64,000 nt of DNA from NCBI RefSeq assembly GCF_009914755.1, contig NC_060927.1; one strand, given 5' to 3'. Source of the stretch: the human T2T-CHM13v2.0 reference genome, Homo sapiens. Shown here piece by piece: positions 15,081 through 30,522 of this stretch. The notes beneath the pieces are model-generated. The model was not told where the DNA came from. It ran no database searches and saw nothing but the letters and a program-made list of their open reading frames with translations. The number at the start of each line of letters is the position of its first letter. Within the stretch, counting starts at the first letter, position 1. The translations under genes were made by a program, and so were the position numbers.

Positions 15081-15667
15081 TTAAGTAAAAATTAAATTAA
15101 CACAAAACAAAAACCTTATCCAAGTTTAAGCTGGGACTCAAATGCAAGTGTGAGTCCAAATTCCAGGCTGTGATCAACATACTCTGTGGTCCAACTTATG
15201 GGACCTTTTCCCATATGGGATTTATATAAACTGCTGTTGGAGATGCCTTTATACAAATTAAGTAGTTTTTGACATAATCACCAATATGAGTCAATGTATG
15301 GGAGAGAAGAAATGAAACTCTACAAGGTACAACTCCCTCTTTACCAACAAACACGAAACTGGGATGAGTAACATCTCAGGGCATGGACTTATACAATACT
15401 TAGGGCACAAACATAAATGTTGGCAGCCTCCCTGAAAATGTGAGCAGCTCTCAAACGCCCACAGATATTTTAATGTGTTTTTCTCCACTTGTATCCACGT
15501 AGAGAGGTTCCCCAGAGATGACCTCAATTTGAATCCAGAAGAAGACAGCATGCCTCTAAGACACTTGGAGAAAGTGTCTTAGCTCTCAGACATGAAATCA
15601 GTAAGGTAAGAAGAAGGTGGGAAAATATTTTCCTACCAAAACAGTCACCTGTATTTTAGTTTAACTG

Positions 15668-15769
15668 ATTCCCAGGTTCAAGCAATTCTCCTGCCTAAGC
15701 CTCCCAAGTGGCTGGGATTACAGACACCCACCATCATGCCTGGCTAATTTTTGTATTTTTGTAGAGACA
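15668..15769 (-). mobile_element. Internal Alu fragment
   Basis: ccaggttcaagcaattctcctgcc...gctaatttttgtatttttgtagagac; both ends missing. Confidence 0.85.
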
Positions 15770-15809
15770 AACTCAAAAGCTTTCTGATCACTGGAAAAGA
15801 ACCTGATCA

Positions 15810-16155
<346 letters not shown>

Positions 16156-16259
16156 CACAGGAACACGGACATCACAAAACCACACTGGGCTTTGGCAAAA
16201 CCTCACCTAACACGGTTTCCAGGCTTCAAGTCAAAAGTTGGATATAAGAATGCAGACTT

Positions 16260-16575
<316 letters not shown>

Positions 16576-18004
16576 TTATTTGCCAAAATAAAGAAAAAAT
16601 AAATTATTATTCTCTACCATCCTCGAATAAGTGTTTATTATACCCCAATATTAGAAGGAAGAAATAAAAGTAAAAGATAAAGCACACCAGTGACAAAATG
16701 GATATGTTTCCCACCATGAATGCATATTTCGTTTGTGGCAGTTTAAATATTACACTTTGCTTCAATGCTGTCTGCTGGTTACAAATAGCCCAGGGCCCTG
16801 CTCCTGATCACAGCTCAAAGGAAGGCTGCCTGGACTGATTTAACGACCATCTCCAACCAGAAGCTGCCTCCAATTTATCTACGAAACAGGTATAGGTAGG
16901 GGAAAGAGCAGAGGTGAGTATGGTTTTCTGCAGTGGGCAGTTTCCTTCTCCAAGGCCTTCCTCCACATCATTCAGCCCGCCTGACTTCCTTTCACCTGCC
17001 CCTGCTGCCTGAGCTCCTGCTGGGGGTTGCAGTGATCAAAGTCAATACAAGCCTCACTTTAGAATGGCTTCCATACCATCAATCCACGTTTGAAAAACAA
17101 CCACCAAAAAGACTTGTGCTCATTGGTAAACAAGAGTATCCCCACCAGGCAGGCCCACAGCCTAATTGGGAGTGACTCAGCTCATCAATGCACCAGACTC
17201 GGCCAAAAATTTCTCAACTTGTTGATACAAAGCTAGACATTAAGGTGGAAGCGGAGAGCAAAGAGAAGCATTTAAGTTCGCTGGGAGTCCCAGGGTCCAC
17301 CATTAAGCCCCCTGTTTTCGGCAATCATTTTGCATTGCTAAGGACAGTGGAAGACCTGGCCCCAATCCACCACAGTAGGCAGAATCTGAATATGGGAGTA
17401 AAGGTTCCAAGCAGAGAGAAGTCAGGCGATTAAGGGAAGAAACAGGTCTCTTTAACAATTAAAGCCTACCTTATGATCATGTTATTACACTTGAAATAAA
17501 TGTTACCTAGGAGACACCATGCTTAAAGCTTCACATATTATAACAACCTTGGGCAACCTGACCACCTGTGACATAATCCCAGCTCTACTATGTGCTGGCT
17601 GTGTGTTCTCAGGCAAAGTTCTTAACCTCTCTGTGCTCAGAATCATCTGTAAACTGGGAATAATCATGAGTTCTACAACTCAATTTAGAGTTATAAGGTT
17701 TGAAGTTGATAGTCTAGGTACAATACCTGGTACATAGAAAGGAGCAAAATGGTAGCATTATCATTTCATGATGGTTATTATTATTATTCCCACTTTACAG
17801 ACTAGGAAACCAACCTTAGAAAGAATCACAAATTTGTCTCAAGTCACACAGCTGATAAGTGGGCTGAACTGGGTCTGTCTGATGAACTCTGAAGCCCATT
17901 CTCTAATTACCTATTACAGTCTCTCCTCTCCCCTTGTAGTTCCTGCCCTTGTCATCCCTAACAGACACATGGCATCAGCTACTAGAATCTGTGTGATTAA
18001 AAAG

Positions 18005-18367
<363 letters not shown>

Positions 18368-18929
18368 TCATCATCACAGTAGTAGCCAAAATCAGTGACC
18401 CTTAGCGCATGTCACTGTGGGCTAAATGGTATATATACAACATCTCATATCCCCTGTCAGGAAGGACTCCATGTGTCACAATTCAGCCAAAACATCAGGG
18501 ATTTGGAAATGGTATCACCAAAGGAGAGCTATATGTTGGCAGGACAATTATGAACAAGAAATACTGCTGACTGGTCCCAAAACAAATATCTTTATGACAG
18601 ATGAGGTGGGAGAATCAGCATATGAAATGGCCATGTCATAAAAGTAGCATTCCACGCTTCAAACTTGAGGAGATAATAAACGGCTGACAACTAGATTCCA
18701 CCGGGAGAACATCCTCACTAGCCCATCACAGCAGCAAAGGCAGGGAAGAAACACTTTTAAGTTTTATTCACTTAGTTCCACTGCACTGAGAGTAAAATCC
18801 AAAAAACTAGTTGTAACCTCCTGAATTAAAGAAAAGAGAAAGATACTACTGTTGGCCTGGGACACATCTCAGCAATATCTCATCACTTTCGTCCTCTTCC
18901 GCATTTTCATGGGAAATAAAATATCTCTG

Positions 18930-18931
<2 letters not shown>

Positions 18932-18977
<46 letters not shown>
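18932..18977. repeat. (TG)n microsatellite
   Basis: About 22 tg units at the tail position of the adjacent antisense Alu. Confidence 0.97.
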
Positions 18978-18979
<2 letters not shown>

Positions 18980-18981
<2 letters not shown>

Positions 18982-19222
18982 AACAGGGTCTCCCTCTGTC
19001 ACCCAGGCTGGAGTGCAGTGGCATGCTGCCACCTCTGCCTCCCGGGCTTAAGCGATCTTCCCGCCTCAGACTCCCAACTAGCTGGGGCTACCTAATTTTA
19101 GTATTTTTTGTAGATATAGGGTTTCTCCATGTTGCCTAGGCTGGTCTTGAACTCCTGAGCTCAAGCGATCCACCTGCCTCAGCCTCCCAAAGTGCTGGGA
19201 TTACAGAAATGAGCCACTCTGG
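18980..19222 (-). mobile_element. Alu (AluJ-like, internally deleted)
   Basis: acagggtctccctctgtcacccaggctggagtgcag...cccaaagtgctgggattacag. Confidence 0.88.
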
Positions 19223-19387
19223 CATCTGATTTTAACTCTTCTGCACCCTGAGATTAAGAAAGGCAAGCACTGGGACTTGTTCACTGCTAAACACCCAATA
19301 CTCTTAGATAAGAGAGTACCTGGTATTAGGAAACAGATAATAAATATCTGATCAATGCATAAATGATGGATCTAAATCTCTTGACAA

Positions 19388-19679
19388 AGCCAAGTGCAGT
19401 GGCTCATGTAATCCCAGCACTTTGGGGGGCCAAGGCAGGAGGATCACTCGAGGCCAGGAGTCCAAGACTAGGCTGGGCAGGGTGGCAAGACCCCATCTCT
19501 AAAAAATTTTTTGTAATTAGCTGGGCATGGTGGTGTGTGCCTATAGTCCCAGATACTCAGGAGGCTGAGGCAGGGGCATCACTTGTGCCCAGGCGTTGGA
19601 GGCTGTAGTGAGCCATGATCTCACCACTCTACTCCAGCTTGGGTGACAGAGCCAGACCCCTTCCTCAAAAAAAAAAAAA
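19388..19679 (+). mobile_element. Alu (AluJ-like)
   Basis: Dimeric Alu with A-tail. Confidence 0.9.
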
Positions 19680-20689
19680 GTTAGGACTTCCATATGAGTA
19701 TAATAAGCTCATCACACATTTGTAAGCTCATCAAATGATTTTTATTTTGTCTTAAGAACGTCTAGGTGTACAGGAATGTTTTCTCAAGTCTATGGGAGGG
19801 GGATTCAGCTCCTAGTGTTCATCCAAGCACTTTTTTTTAGCAACTGGGCTGAATAGGAGAGGAAGCCCTTAAATTCCTTTCTTCATCTAAGTAGGTTGTG
19901 GTCAAAAAGGCATAAGAGCCTCTGGAAAGCCAGTAGAGGAAACGGCCCTAGCTAGGCAGTGCCCATCCAAGGCCTGTCAAGAGGAGATCAAGTTCTATCA
20001 CAGATCAAATGACAACACTTCCTATTCCCCAAGCAACCTTCAGTTTAGGAAACTCCTGACTTCCCCTCTGAGGTTTGCCAACAGGGAGAAATGCATTAAA
20101 ATGCAACAATAAACATTCTATCCAAAGAAAGTTGGTTTTCTTTCTGTAAATTCATAAGCAGTCATTTTGATCTCTGTATCATTCTCTGTGAGGTGGGTTG
20201 ATGTGAGTTTCTTGGGAAACACCCTTTGTGAGGCTCCTTGGGATCACTCTAAGATGTACCTTTCAGACAGGCTTCTTCAGTTAGTAACAGAAACCAACTC
20301 TGCCTAACTTAAAGAAGAAAAAGCTGTTTACTACATGGACACAAAAGACAAAGCTGAAGAAATCGCCTTAGGAAGGTAGGAAATCAAAATAACTCTAAAG
20401 ACCTAGGAGGCAGGAACTAGCAATCTCTTCTGTTCACCTCTGGGTGAATAGTTTTTATATCACTCAGTTCCATACTCAAATTCAGGAAGAGTATGTCTGA
20501 TTGACAGAGCTTAAGTTACATGTTTTCCCATCTACAGGATGGCAGGGAACCTCGGTTGACCATCCCATTAAGACTAAGGGAGACATTCCTCAACTGGGGG
20601 GAAAAAAGGAGGAGTCAAGAGAGAGAAAGAAAGGAAAAAGAAGAGAATAAATCAGAAAAGAAAATGTGCACGCCAAAAATGCACAAGTT

Positions 20690-21041
<352 letters not shown>

Positions 21042-22622
21042 TCACAAACAAGCAGTCAGGTATCTTAGCTGCCCCTAACCAGTGGCCTACATCAACAATT
21101 TATACACCCATTTATCTCCCCAGTTTCTTTTAACATTCCAGTCATTTCGTGGCTCAAGCTGTAGTAAAACGTCACAGGTCTGGAAATACCACAGCCACTC
21201 AAGTGAAGAGTACAGTTTAAAAGCATATGTTCGAAATGATCCCAAAATATTAGCAAATGGCATAAAAAAGGATTCAGGCATTTTACTACACAACAGTTAT
21301 TGAAGTTGGATTTTGTGTTACCTAAACAAGTTGAAAAAAATATTTCACAAAACCCTCCTCCACAGAAGTTGTACTAGCAAATTCCAGTCTAAAAGAAGTA
21401 AAATCAAATAATTCTGAAACGCAACCCTCAAGAATAAACAAGAATATATATTTTATAAACAGGGTGGGTCACAGTAAGGAAGAATTTAATACTTGCTAGA
21501 CAAACAATTCTTCACAACAATTATAACAAAGACTTAGCTCTGGAATTGTACAGAAACTGGCAATTTGCTATGAGATTCTACTTCTGGAAGACCACCCAGT
21601 TTACATGGAATGTGTCCTTTACTGAATTATTAATATTCACAAGTTTCAGAAGATATTCTATGAAAAAGAAGTGTTGCTTTAAACACTGGCATCAGACTAT
21701 CCAGTTGTGAGACAAATGACACCTGCCTGAATTGCCACTGCATTTCCCACTGTTCTAACCCTCTCCTCAGTCTGATTTTCCCTGTCTCTTGCCCTCAGAC
21801 AGAGCGAGAAACAATGGCTGCAGCAGTAACAACTGTTTATCTTAGGTTTTGTGTACACATGAATTGCCTGTGGGCGTTTCGCAAAATGTCACTCCCCCGA
21901 ATAAACTACTGGAGCCAGAACATTTCCTGTTCATCGAAAGAAATAAGCTTTTCCGTCTTAATTCCCCAGTCTACCAAAAAGAAAAAAGAAAAGAATTCTT
22001 TCTGAATCATTCCCTAAAAGGCTTTTAAAAAAAATCAGAGAGAAGGAAAATGAAATGAGACTCTAGCAGAAAAGCAAGACAGAATACACTTATCTTAAAG
22101 GGAAAAGAACAAGAATGAAAAGAGCAAGATAAACAGAGAGTAGAAGAAACCAACCACAGGTTTTATTAAAGGGATTTGAAGGTGATGGTCAACTAATTAG
22201 ATTCCTGAATTCACAATGTAACAGAAAGAAAAACACGTCCGAATAAAGCCTACCAACTCTCTCCACCCTGCCATGTGCTGCCTTTTCTTAGATACAACAA
22301 GGAACTAGTGACACTGTGCATATAGCACATAGCGATACTGTGCATGAGGTATCCAAGTGCAGACTCATTACTGATACACAAGGAAAAATTGTACCACATG
22401 GGGTGGAAGAACGAAGGGAGAACTTGACCAAGCTCCCATCTAGAAACACACAAGATAGGTGAACAATGGCCAAAAAGTACTTCCCTTAAATACAAAAAGC
22501 ATGGCATCAAAATGTGAGATAAAATTAAGGAAGAATACATTTAAGACAACTTGAATCCATTTTCTAACTACTAAAATACTGAGCTATTAAACAACTAATT
22601 TTGCTATCAAATGAACAAAGAT

Positions 22623-22871
22623 TTTCTTTTCTTTTTTCTTTTTTTTTAAGATTCAGGGGGTACATGTGCAGGTTAGTTACATGGGTATATTGCATGATGC
22701 TGGGGTTTGGGCTTCCAATGATCCTGTCACCCAGGTAATGAACACAATCCCACCAGGCATTTTTCAACCCCTTCCTCCATCTCTCCATCCCCACTTTGGG
22801 AGGCCCAGTGTCTGCTGTTCAACGTTAGTTCCCACTTATAAATGAGAGCACATGGAATTTGGTTTTCTGTT
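22623..22871 (-). mobile_element. L1P (L1PA15-16/L1PB-like) 3' end, 5'-truncated
   Basis: gggggtacatgtgcaggttagttacatgggtatattgcatgatgct...cccacttataaatgagag; gaaca(a/g)agattt TSD. Confidence 0.88.
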
Positions 22872-23152
22872 AGAGGAACAGAGATTTAAGGATTGGAGAG
22901 AGTATAAGAAAATTTGTATTAGCATGATATGTACCAAAACCTAAAGATCTAAAACCAAGTAATGCCACATGTAATATTTGTCTCAAGGAAATATTCAGAG
23001 AGATATATAAGGCTGTATGCACAAAAATTGTTCATCACATCATTGTTTATGAAAGCACTTCAGAAACAACCTAAATATTCAACAAAAAAATCACATATAA
23101 AATAAATTACAAAACAGTCATAAAATAGATACCTGGATGAAAAAACGTTCTC

Positions 23153-23448
<296 letters not shown>

Positions 23449-23521
23449 TAGTTTTCACATATATTGTGAACGTTATTCCCTATCAAGTATAATGAGGGGG
23501 AAAAACAAAACTCAGAGTGTG

Positions 23522-23884
23522 TGATATGGTTTGGCTGTGTCCCCACTCAAATCACATCTGGAATTGTAGCTTCCTTAATCCTTACATGTCATGGAGGGAC
23601 CCAGTGGGAGGTACCTTAATCATGGGGGTGGGTTTTACCCATGCTATTCTCATGATAGTGAATAAGTATCATGAGATCTGACGGTTTTATAAAGGGCAGT
23701 TCCCCTGCACACGCTCTCTTGCCTGCCACCATGTAAGACTTGACTTTGCTCCTCCTTCACCTTCCACCATGATTATGAGGCCTCCCCACCCATGTGGAAC
23801 TGTAAGTCCATTAAACCTTTTTCCTTTATAAATTACCCAGTCTCAGGTATGTGTGTACTAGCAGCGTGAGAACGAACTAACACA
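23522..23884 (+). mobile_element. THE1 (MaLR) solo LTR
   Basis: tgatatggtttggctgtgtcccca...ccattaaacctttttcctttataaattacccagtctcaggtatg...actaacaca. Confidence 0.93.
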
Positions 23885-24459
23885 GTACGAAATGGTTATA
23901 ATTTATACAATAAATGCTCATGTGCTTATAGGTGGCATCTGTCTGCATGTGTATACATGCATACACACATATACACTCATACTACATAATACTATTTAAA
24001 AATCAAATATTGAATGGTGGTTATCTCTGAGCGGAGATGTTACAGTTTTATTTATCTATATTATCTAACTATGCAAACAAGTATAACTGAAAGCAAAAAT
24101 CACCTTACAAAGAATAATGTGCTATATACTTAAGTTTAGAACTGTAATGGGCCAACCTTTCATTCCATTGAGAAATAGGCTCTTATATTCCGTATCTCCC
24201 TATTTTGCATAGTTTTATTACCTAATAAGATACTGTTTCACACCAATTCTGCACAGAAAGTTCATATGTAAATGTCCTATTATTAGCAAGATTATATGTT
24301 GTATTTTTTGACAGTCAAACTGCATAAATGGATGAGGACAAGAAAATATTCTAAATAGCAATTTTTTTTCATTTGGTACATCAAAGGGATTTTTCATTTA
24401 ATCTCAAATAAGCGTGTCTCAAGATTCTCTTTTTAAAAAAATAATAAAGGCATGATCTT

Positions 24460-24888
24460 CAGCAAAGACTGAGTTACCTCCAAAAATACATTCTCCCCTT
24501 CCTCCAAACTCTCAGTTGAGCATATGGCTGCCCTCATTAAAGGCTTTTAAGTTGCAGCTAGTTATGGCCACACGAGCAAGGTCTGGCTTATGAGATGTGA
24601 GCAGAAGCACAGTGTGTCATTTCCAAGCCGTGTCTGTGAAGAGAAGAGACCTGCTCTCCTCTTGTCTCCGTCTCACTAGCCAGAATGCACAGGAGGACAA
24701 TATCTCTATAATGACAGAGCAATATATGAGACAGAATCTCAGTCCCCAACCTTGCAGAATCACAGTAGCGTAGGACTGTTACATGGCTAGACCGTTACAT
24801 AAGGTAGAAATGAACTTCTACTATATTGAAGCCACTGTGATTTGAGGTATCTGCTAATGCAGCCAAACCTATATGTTGGCTGATACAC
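24460..24888 (+). mobile_element. MLT1 solo LTR
   Basis: ttgcagctagttatggcca...gagatgtgagcagaag...aagccactgtgatttgaggtatctgctaatgcagc...gctgataca. Confidence 0.7.
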
Positions 24889-27800
24889 AGAAAGCTTGAA
24901 CAAAATAACCAGTATTGAACCAGTAAACTATTAATTTCTCCCACCTGATCCTACACATCTCTTCTCCAAAAAACATTTCAGAATGGGTATACACCACTGT
25001 CATTTCTTAATAATTTAAGAAAATAAAGTACCTAGTTAATGTCAAAGGCTTCTGTGCAAACTCATAAAATACAAGGTGCACTTAAAATAAATATAAAATA
25101 CTGATTAAGAATAGTCTAAGTTGAAACCAAGATTCTCAGACATGAGTAAAATAAGTATGTATGCCATCTCAAAAAAAGATTCCAAAGATCATATGCATAT
25201 TTTTATCTGTATAGAAAAATTGAAAAAATATATCCCAAACTGGTTGCCTCTGGAGGATTAGAATTTTAGGTTGAGAACAGAAGGAGATAACAGGAAAAAT
25301 TTAGTTTTCTACTTTATATTCCTGTGTTTTATTTGAATTTTTGCCACAAACATGTATTACTTTAGTAATACACAAAAACTACAAAAATAAAGCACATATT
25401 AGAACTCTGTACAGCAGACTGATACCAGAAAAAAAAAAAAAAAGGGCAGGGGCAAGAGGGGGAAATAAAATTTCTATCTACAAATAAAACCACAGCCTTC
25501 TGAATTCTGGGATGTAAATTCATAAACCTGTAACTTCTACTGTGCATTAAAAAAAACTATAACATACCATAAAACCTGTATCTATTTCTTTAACTTCCTT
25601 ACCTTTACCAAATACCACAATTTCTCTTAGACAGAGACAGTAAACATAAAACTCATGAAAAACTAAAGAGACAGAAAAATAAAAATTCTATGTCTGGTTA
25701 GGACGTTAATAAGCTCACAATCATAGGACACCACTATTATCTAAGGCACAGTGTTTTCAATTTGGATAGTAAGTCAGTTCATCTTTGAGCTTCGATCAAT
25801 GTCTTAAAGCTTTCAAGACCACACGAGGATATGGTACATTGCCCATTATCTCACTTACTGAGTGACCTATTATTCATTGAATTTATTTCCACACAAGAGA
25901 ACAGCATAGATACAGTATCCTAAATGATCATGCACATAAAACAAACATTAACATCATATTCATCGTTAGCAACTATTAGAACCTGTATATTACACTCTCA
26001 ATAACTGACTGTATCATTCAAGTTGATATTAGTTCAATATGGTATATTCTGTGTTTCATAAAGAACCTATCACCAAACTAAGATTTTTTGAGATCAGCAA
26101 AACCCAATCTTTATAAAAGGTGCCCAGTTGATTAGCGAAATTACCTTCTCTCTACTGTGAAAACAATTCCCACTATCCAACCGGATGGTAAGAAAGCTGC
26201 TACATAATTGTGTGTGAAGGCCCTGAACTTCAAACATTCCTAGAACAGATTTTTCCTAATGGTGACAGGACTTAAAATCTAAGAAGCCATATGAAGCATC
26301 AGAACCCATCTCAATAACTTTACAAAAGCACAAGAATAGTCAAGGAGAGGTTGAGAAAGGAAGACTATGTCTTTCATCTTCAGAGTCAGAGCCAAGGGAA
26401 GTACTGAGCAGGGAATTAGTATATGTCTAGCATTGGCAACCAAAGTATTCAAGAGGCCCATTATAAACCTTTATGTCCAAAAGAATTCCTATGAGGCTAC
26501 GTTAAGAAGAAAAACATGTTGGAATACATTGCAAGTTACCACTGGCAGATGTTAAGAAAATAAAATTATACAAGTAGTAAATGGGATAAAATTTTTAATG
26601 ACATTAGAAATGAAAGGAGATTTAGAATTAAAACTAGCAACTGGATTCACAAGTCTTAAACACACACATATACACAAGTACATACACATTTAAGAATCTT
26701 TAAGATTTTTTTTAAACACTCAAAAATGAAATACTGAGTTTAAAGAACTAAAAGCTTTAATTTCTCCTTTCTAAAAAAAAGACAAAAGCCAGAAGACTGG
26801 CCAGGATGCCCAAGACCTTCCAATTCAATGCTCCCAAAAACTATGAACCACAAAATCTGACAGATGGAAAATGGTTATTCCAAGGGGTTTGGGATTCTAC
26901 AGGTACACCAGAAATTATCTGTGCGCTAAAAAAATGTGAGTAAAAGTATTTTCTATAATATACAGATGCCATATATGTGTGTATGTTTATGTATATATTT
27001 ATATATGTGTGTATGTATACATATGTAACAAATATAATATTACAAAGATATAATGTATAATGACCTCTATAGGCTAGTACTATTCATTATCAGATTCATA
27101 GCAGTTTTCCAAAACCAAGAGACGCTAAAAGTACAACTAATATTAAGTAAGCATCTGTGAAACTTTCTGAAGCATAGCCTCTAAAAGACTGAAACCACCA
27201 CACTAATCCAGAGTGATCCTTCAGTTGACCTGGCTGATATAATGTCCATGGGTCAGAGTGAGATGGCTGAATTAAATAAGCAAAGAAAGTAATCATCTGA
27301 TATGTAGGAGAGAATGTGGGCAAGGAGATGGGAAAGATCCATCACTTTAAAAAGGCAAGAACCCCTTCTGTTTCTGTCTTTTTAGAAGACCAGTTGCTGC
27401 TACATATTTTGTATCTGCACAGACTTTTCTCTTCTGGGCTTAGCGACACACTCAACATTTTCAGTACAGAGTCATGATTCTCTGTTCTCTCCTCTATTCA
27501 GCTACATCATGAGTCATAGTAATGACTATTCTTGAATACCACTGGTGACGTTCAAAAAATTCTAAGCTCATGCCAACCAACTTTTGAACATCTGTGAGGC
27601 AGGGGAGAAATACTCGCCTAAAAGCTGCTGCCAGAAACAGTAGTCTGCATTCCAAAGTCAGTGCAACACAGGAGTTTAACTTGGGAGGCCTTAACATAAC
27701 AGTAAGTAACACAACAGTGAAAGAATCTGTACTAATAAGGAAAATAATAATGTCAGTTACCATCTATTGAGAGCTACTATATTGAGAAAATTTACACTCA

Positions 27801-28121
27801 TAGTATGGGGGCATGGGGGGTTGTCAGGTAAGGCTTCCTGGAGGGGGAGCCACCTGAGCCAACACCAAAAAGATAAGCAGAATGTACTGGTATATACAGA
27901 AATGTATTGGTATGTGTTCACAACAGAGAAGCATGAGGATGCTGCCACATGTATGAAGATGGTCACTGCAGTGTTCCTTATAAAAGCCAAAGCACACAAG
28001 CAAGCTTTGTGCCTTTCAACAGATTGTTATCTTAATGTCTACCTCATGCTGTTCACAGAAAAAAATAAAAGTGGGCAACCAGTTTTTAGCTCCAGATGAC
28101 ATTAAAAACTCATGATATGCC

Positions 28122-28451
<330 letters not shown>

Positions 28452-28967
28452 TCACACACAGGCACACACACACACCGAGGAGGTCAGAAACATGTTCTTG
28501 TGCATCCAACTTCAAAACATTAAGCTTTATAAAATTCAACAATATTTTTCTCATTTCATGTCTGAACAAGGCCCAGCACAGATCCAAGGACCAAAATTTC
28601 CCAAAGGACTTGCAAGAACATTCCAACTTTAACACCACATCCAACGCAAACACTTCTTTAAAAGAACGAGCAGATTCACATAGCCAAAAACTCAGGAGTT
28701 GAACAAGTCACAAAATATCAGCCCATCCATTTATAAGAGGTACAAGTTGAGAACCACTATGGTTGAAGGATCTTGCCCAAGGCCAGTCATACAGCTGGAA
28801 TGGCAACCCAGATTCCAATTTTAGAACTATCCCAATAAGCTACATTGATTGAACTCCTCCTATTGTACTTGTCAATAGACAGCTGGAACAGCACAAAACA
28901 TTAACTTGGAAAGAAAAACAAGAATAAAATGTATCGCCTCGTTTGTTTAGACAACAAAACCTATTCC

Positions 28968-29300
28968 AGCCTGGGCAGTGGTTCACACCTCTAATCCTAG
29001 CACTTTGTGAAGGCTGACAGGCAGGAGGATTGCTTGAGGCCAGGAGTTCAAGACCAGTCTGGGCAACACGGCAAAACCCCATCTCTACAAAAATTACAAA
29101 AATTAGCCAGGCACGGTGGCATGCACCTGTAGTCCTAGCTACTTGGGAGGCTGAGGTGGGAGGATAGCTTGAGCTCAGGAGGCAGAGGATGCAGTGCGCC
29201 ATTACACTTCAGCCTGGGCGACTGAGTGAGCCCCTGTCACAGAAAAACACACAAAAAAAAAAAAAAGGAAAGAAAGAAACCAATAACAAGAAGAAAAAAA
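28968..29300 (+). mobile_element. Alu (AluJ-like)
   Basis: Dimeric Alu with degenerate A-rich tail. Confidence 0.9.
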
Positions 29301-29762
29301 CTATTCTAATGGGTTTGTAACATGGACAACTACTTGCTCTTTAAAGAATGAGACAGATAACTGTAATGGTAAGAAGTCATTTACTGAGCACCTATTACAA
29401 ATCTGGTAATATGCCAGGCGCTACCACCCATCACTGACCAATCACTGAACTAGGACTTAGGTAAGCACCATCAATAAAACCCTTAAAGCACAACGGGAAG
29501 AGAAGCCTGGGCTGCTAGCACAATAAGCCCCAACAAACTAAAATGTTAGATTAAGGGATAGAAGTATTTTCTACTTCATAAGTTAATTATACATTACCAA
29601 GGTTACTTTTCCCCACTATTTTGCAGGAGTCAACGTGATACACAATATAACCAAGGGTGACAAAAGCAACCATACTCCAAAGTATTCAGCAAAATACTTG
29701 ACAAGCAACATGCATGACAATAGCCCTAAGGTGTTGGAAGACTGGGATACAAACCCCTGTTG

Positions 29763-29922
29763 TCTGGGGCCTGTTGTGGGGTGGGGGGAGGGGGAGGGAT
29801 AGCTTTAGGAGATATACCTAATGTAAATGATGAGTTAATGGGTGCAGCACACCAACATGGCACATGTATACATACGTAACAAACCTGCACATTGTGCAAA
29901 TGTACCCTAGAACTTAAAGTAT
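29763..29922 (+). mobile_element. L1PA (young) 3' UTR, severely 5'-truncated
   Basis: ggggcctgttgtggggtgggggga...gggtgcagcacaccaacatggcacatgtatac...gaacttaaagtataat; accc(c/g)tgttg flanks. Confidence 0.93.
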
Positions 29923-29927
29923 AATAT

Positions 29928-29984
<57 letters not shown>
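29923..29984. repeat. (TA)n microsatellite
   Basis: About 30 ta units with two tg interruptions. Confidence 0.97.
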
Positions 29985-29986
<2 letters not shown>

Positions 29987-30432
29987 CGTGTTGCTCCAAT
30001 TCAAATTTGTGACAAGTAACCAGTTATTATAGGATTATGCTGGACAATGAGATACACCCCCTCCCATATCGTTCTAAATAGATACTTTATACAGAAAACT
30101 CATTATAGATACTCATTATATAGAGAACACAGTCTTTAATTAGAGTCTCTGAAATAGCTGTTCCCCATCCTTAATTATGTAACACATAACACGAAAACTT
30201 CTGATCACAGCCTGATGGGCAGCCAATGGGCAAATTCCCTCAAGGTTCAGTGACCCTAACTGTGAAGCTATTTTTCTTTAATTATGTTACAGAAAAAGAT
30301 GTCTCAATCCATGGTCCTCCTAAGCTTCAAGAGGAAAGGTTGGGAGGAAACTCATTAACTTAGTTATGATCGTCTATATTTCAGAGAGGAAAGAAAAAGA
30401 GAAAACTTTGCATAACTTTTTGATGGACATAA

Positions 30433-30522
30433 AATAATAGCAGAATCAGATTTTGTTTAAGATAATAATAGCAGAATCAGATTTTATTAAGTGGCATACC
30501 AACATTTTATTAAGTGGCATAC
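30433..30522. repeat. Two overlapping microduplications
   Basis: aataatagcagaatcagatttt at 30433 and 30464; attttattaagtggcatac at 30481 and 30504. Confidence 0.9.

Noticed and set aside
16634-16830. Possible minus-strand terminal exon (cag|GCAGCC... to AATAAA at 16634-16639)
   Set aside because: The acceptor lacks a pyrimidine tract, and AATAAA is frequent in this AT-rich context.
27481-27530. + strand acceptor-like tract with AP-1 site TGAGTCA
   Set aside because: Single short motifs expected by chance; no paired donor or coding frame.
30433-30522. Short direct repeats as a CRISPR-like array (also 2951-3160 and 14057-14105)
   Set aside because: Only two copies each, no repeat-spacer series, no cas genes, and the DNA is primate.
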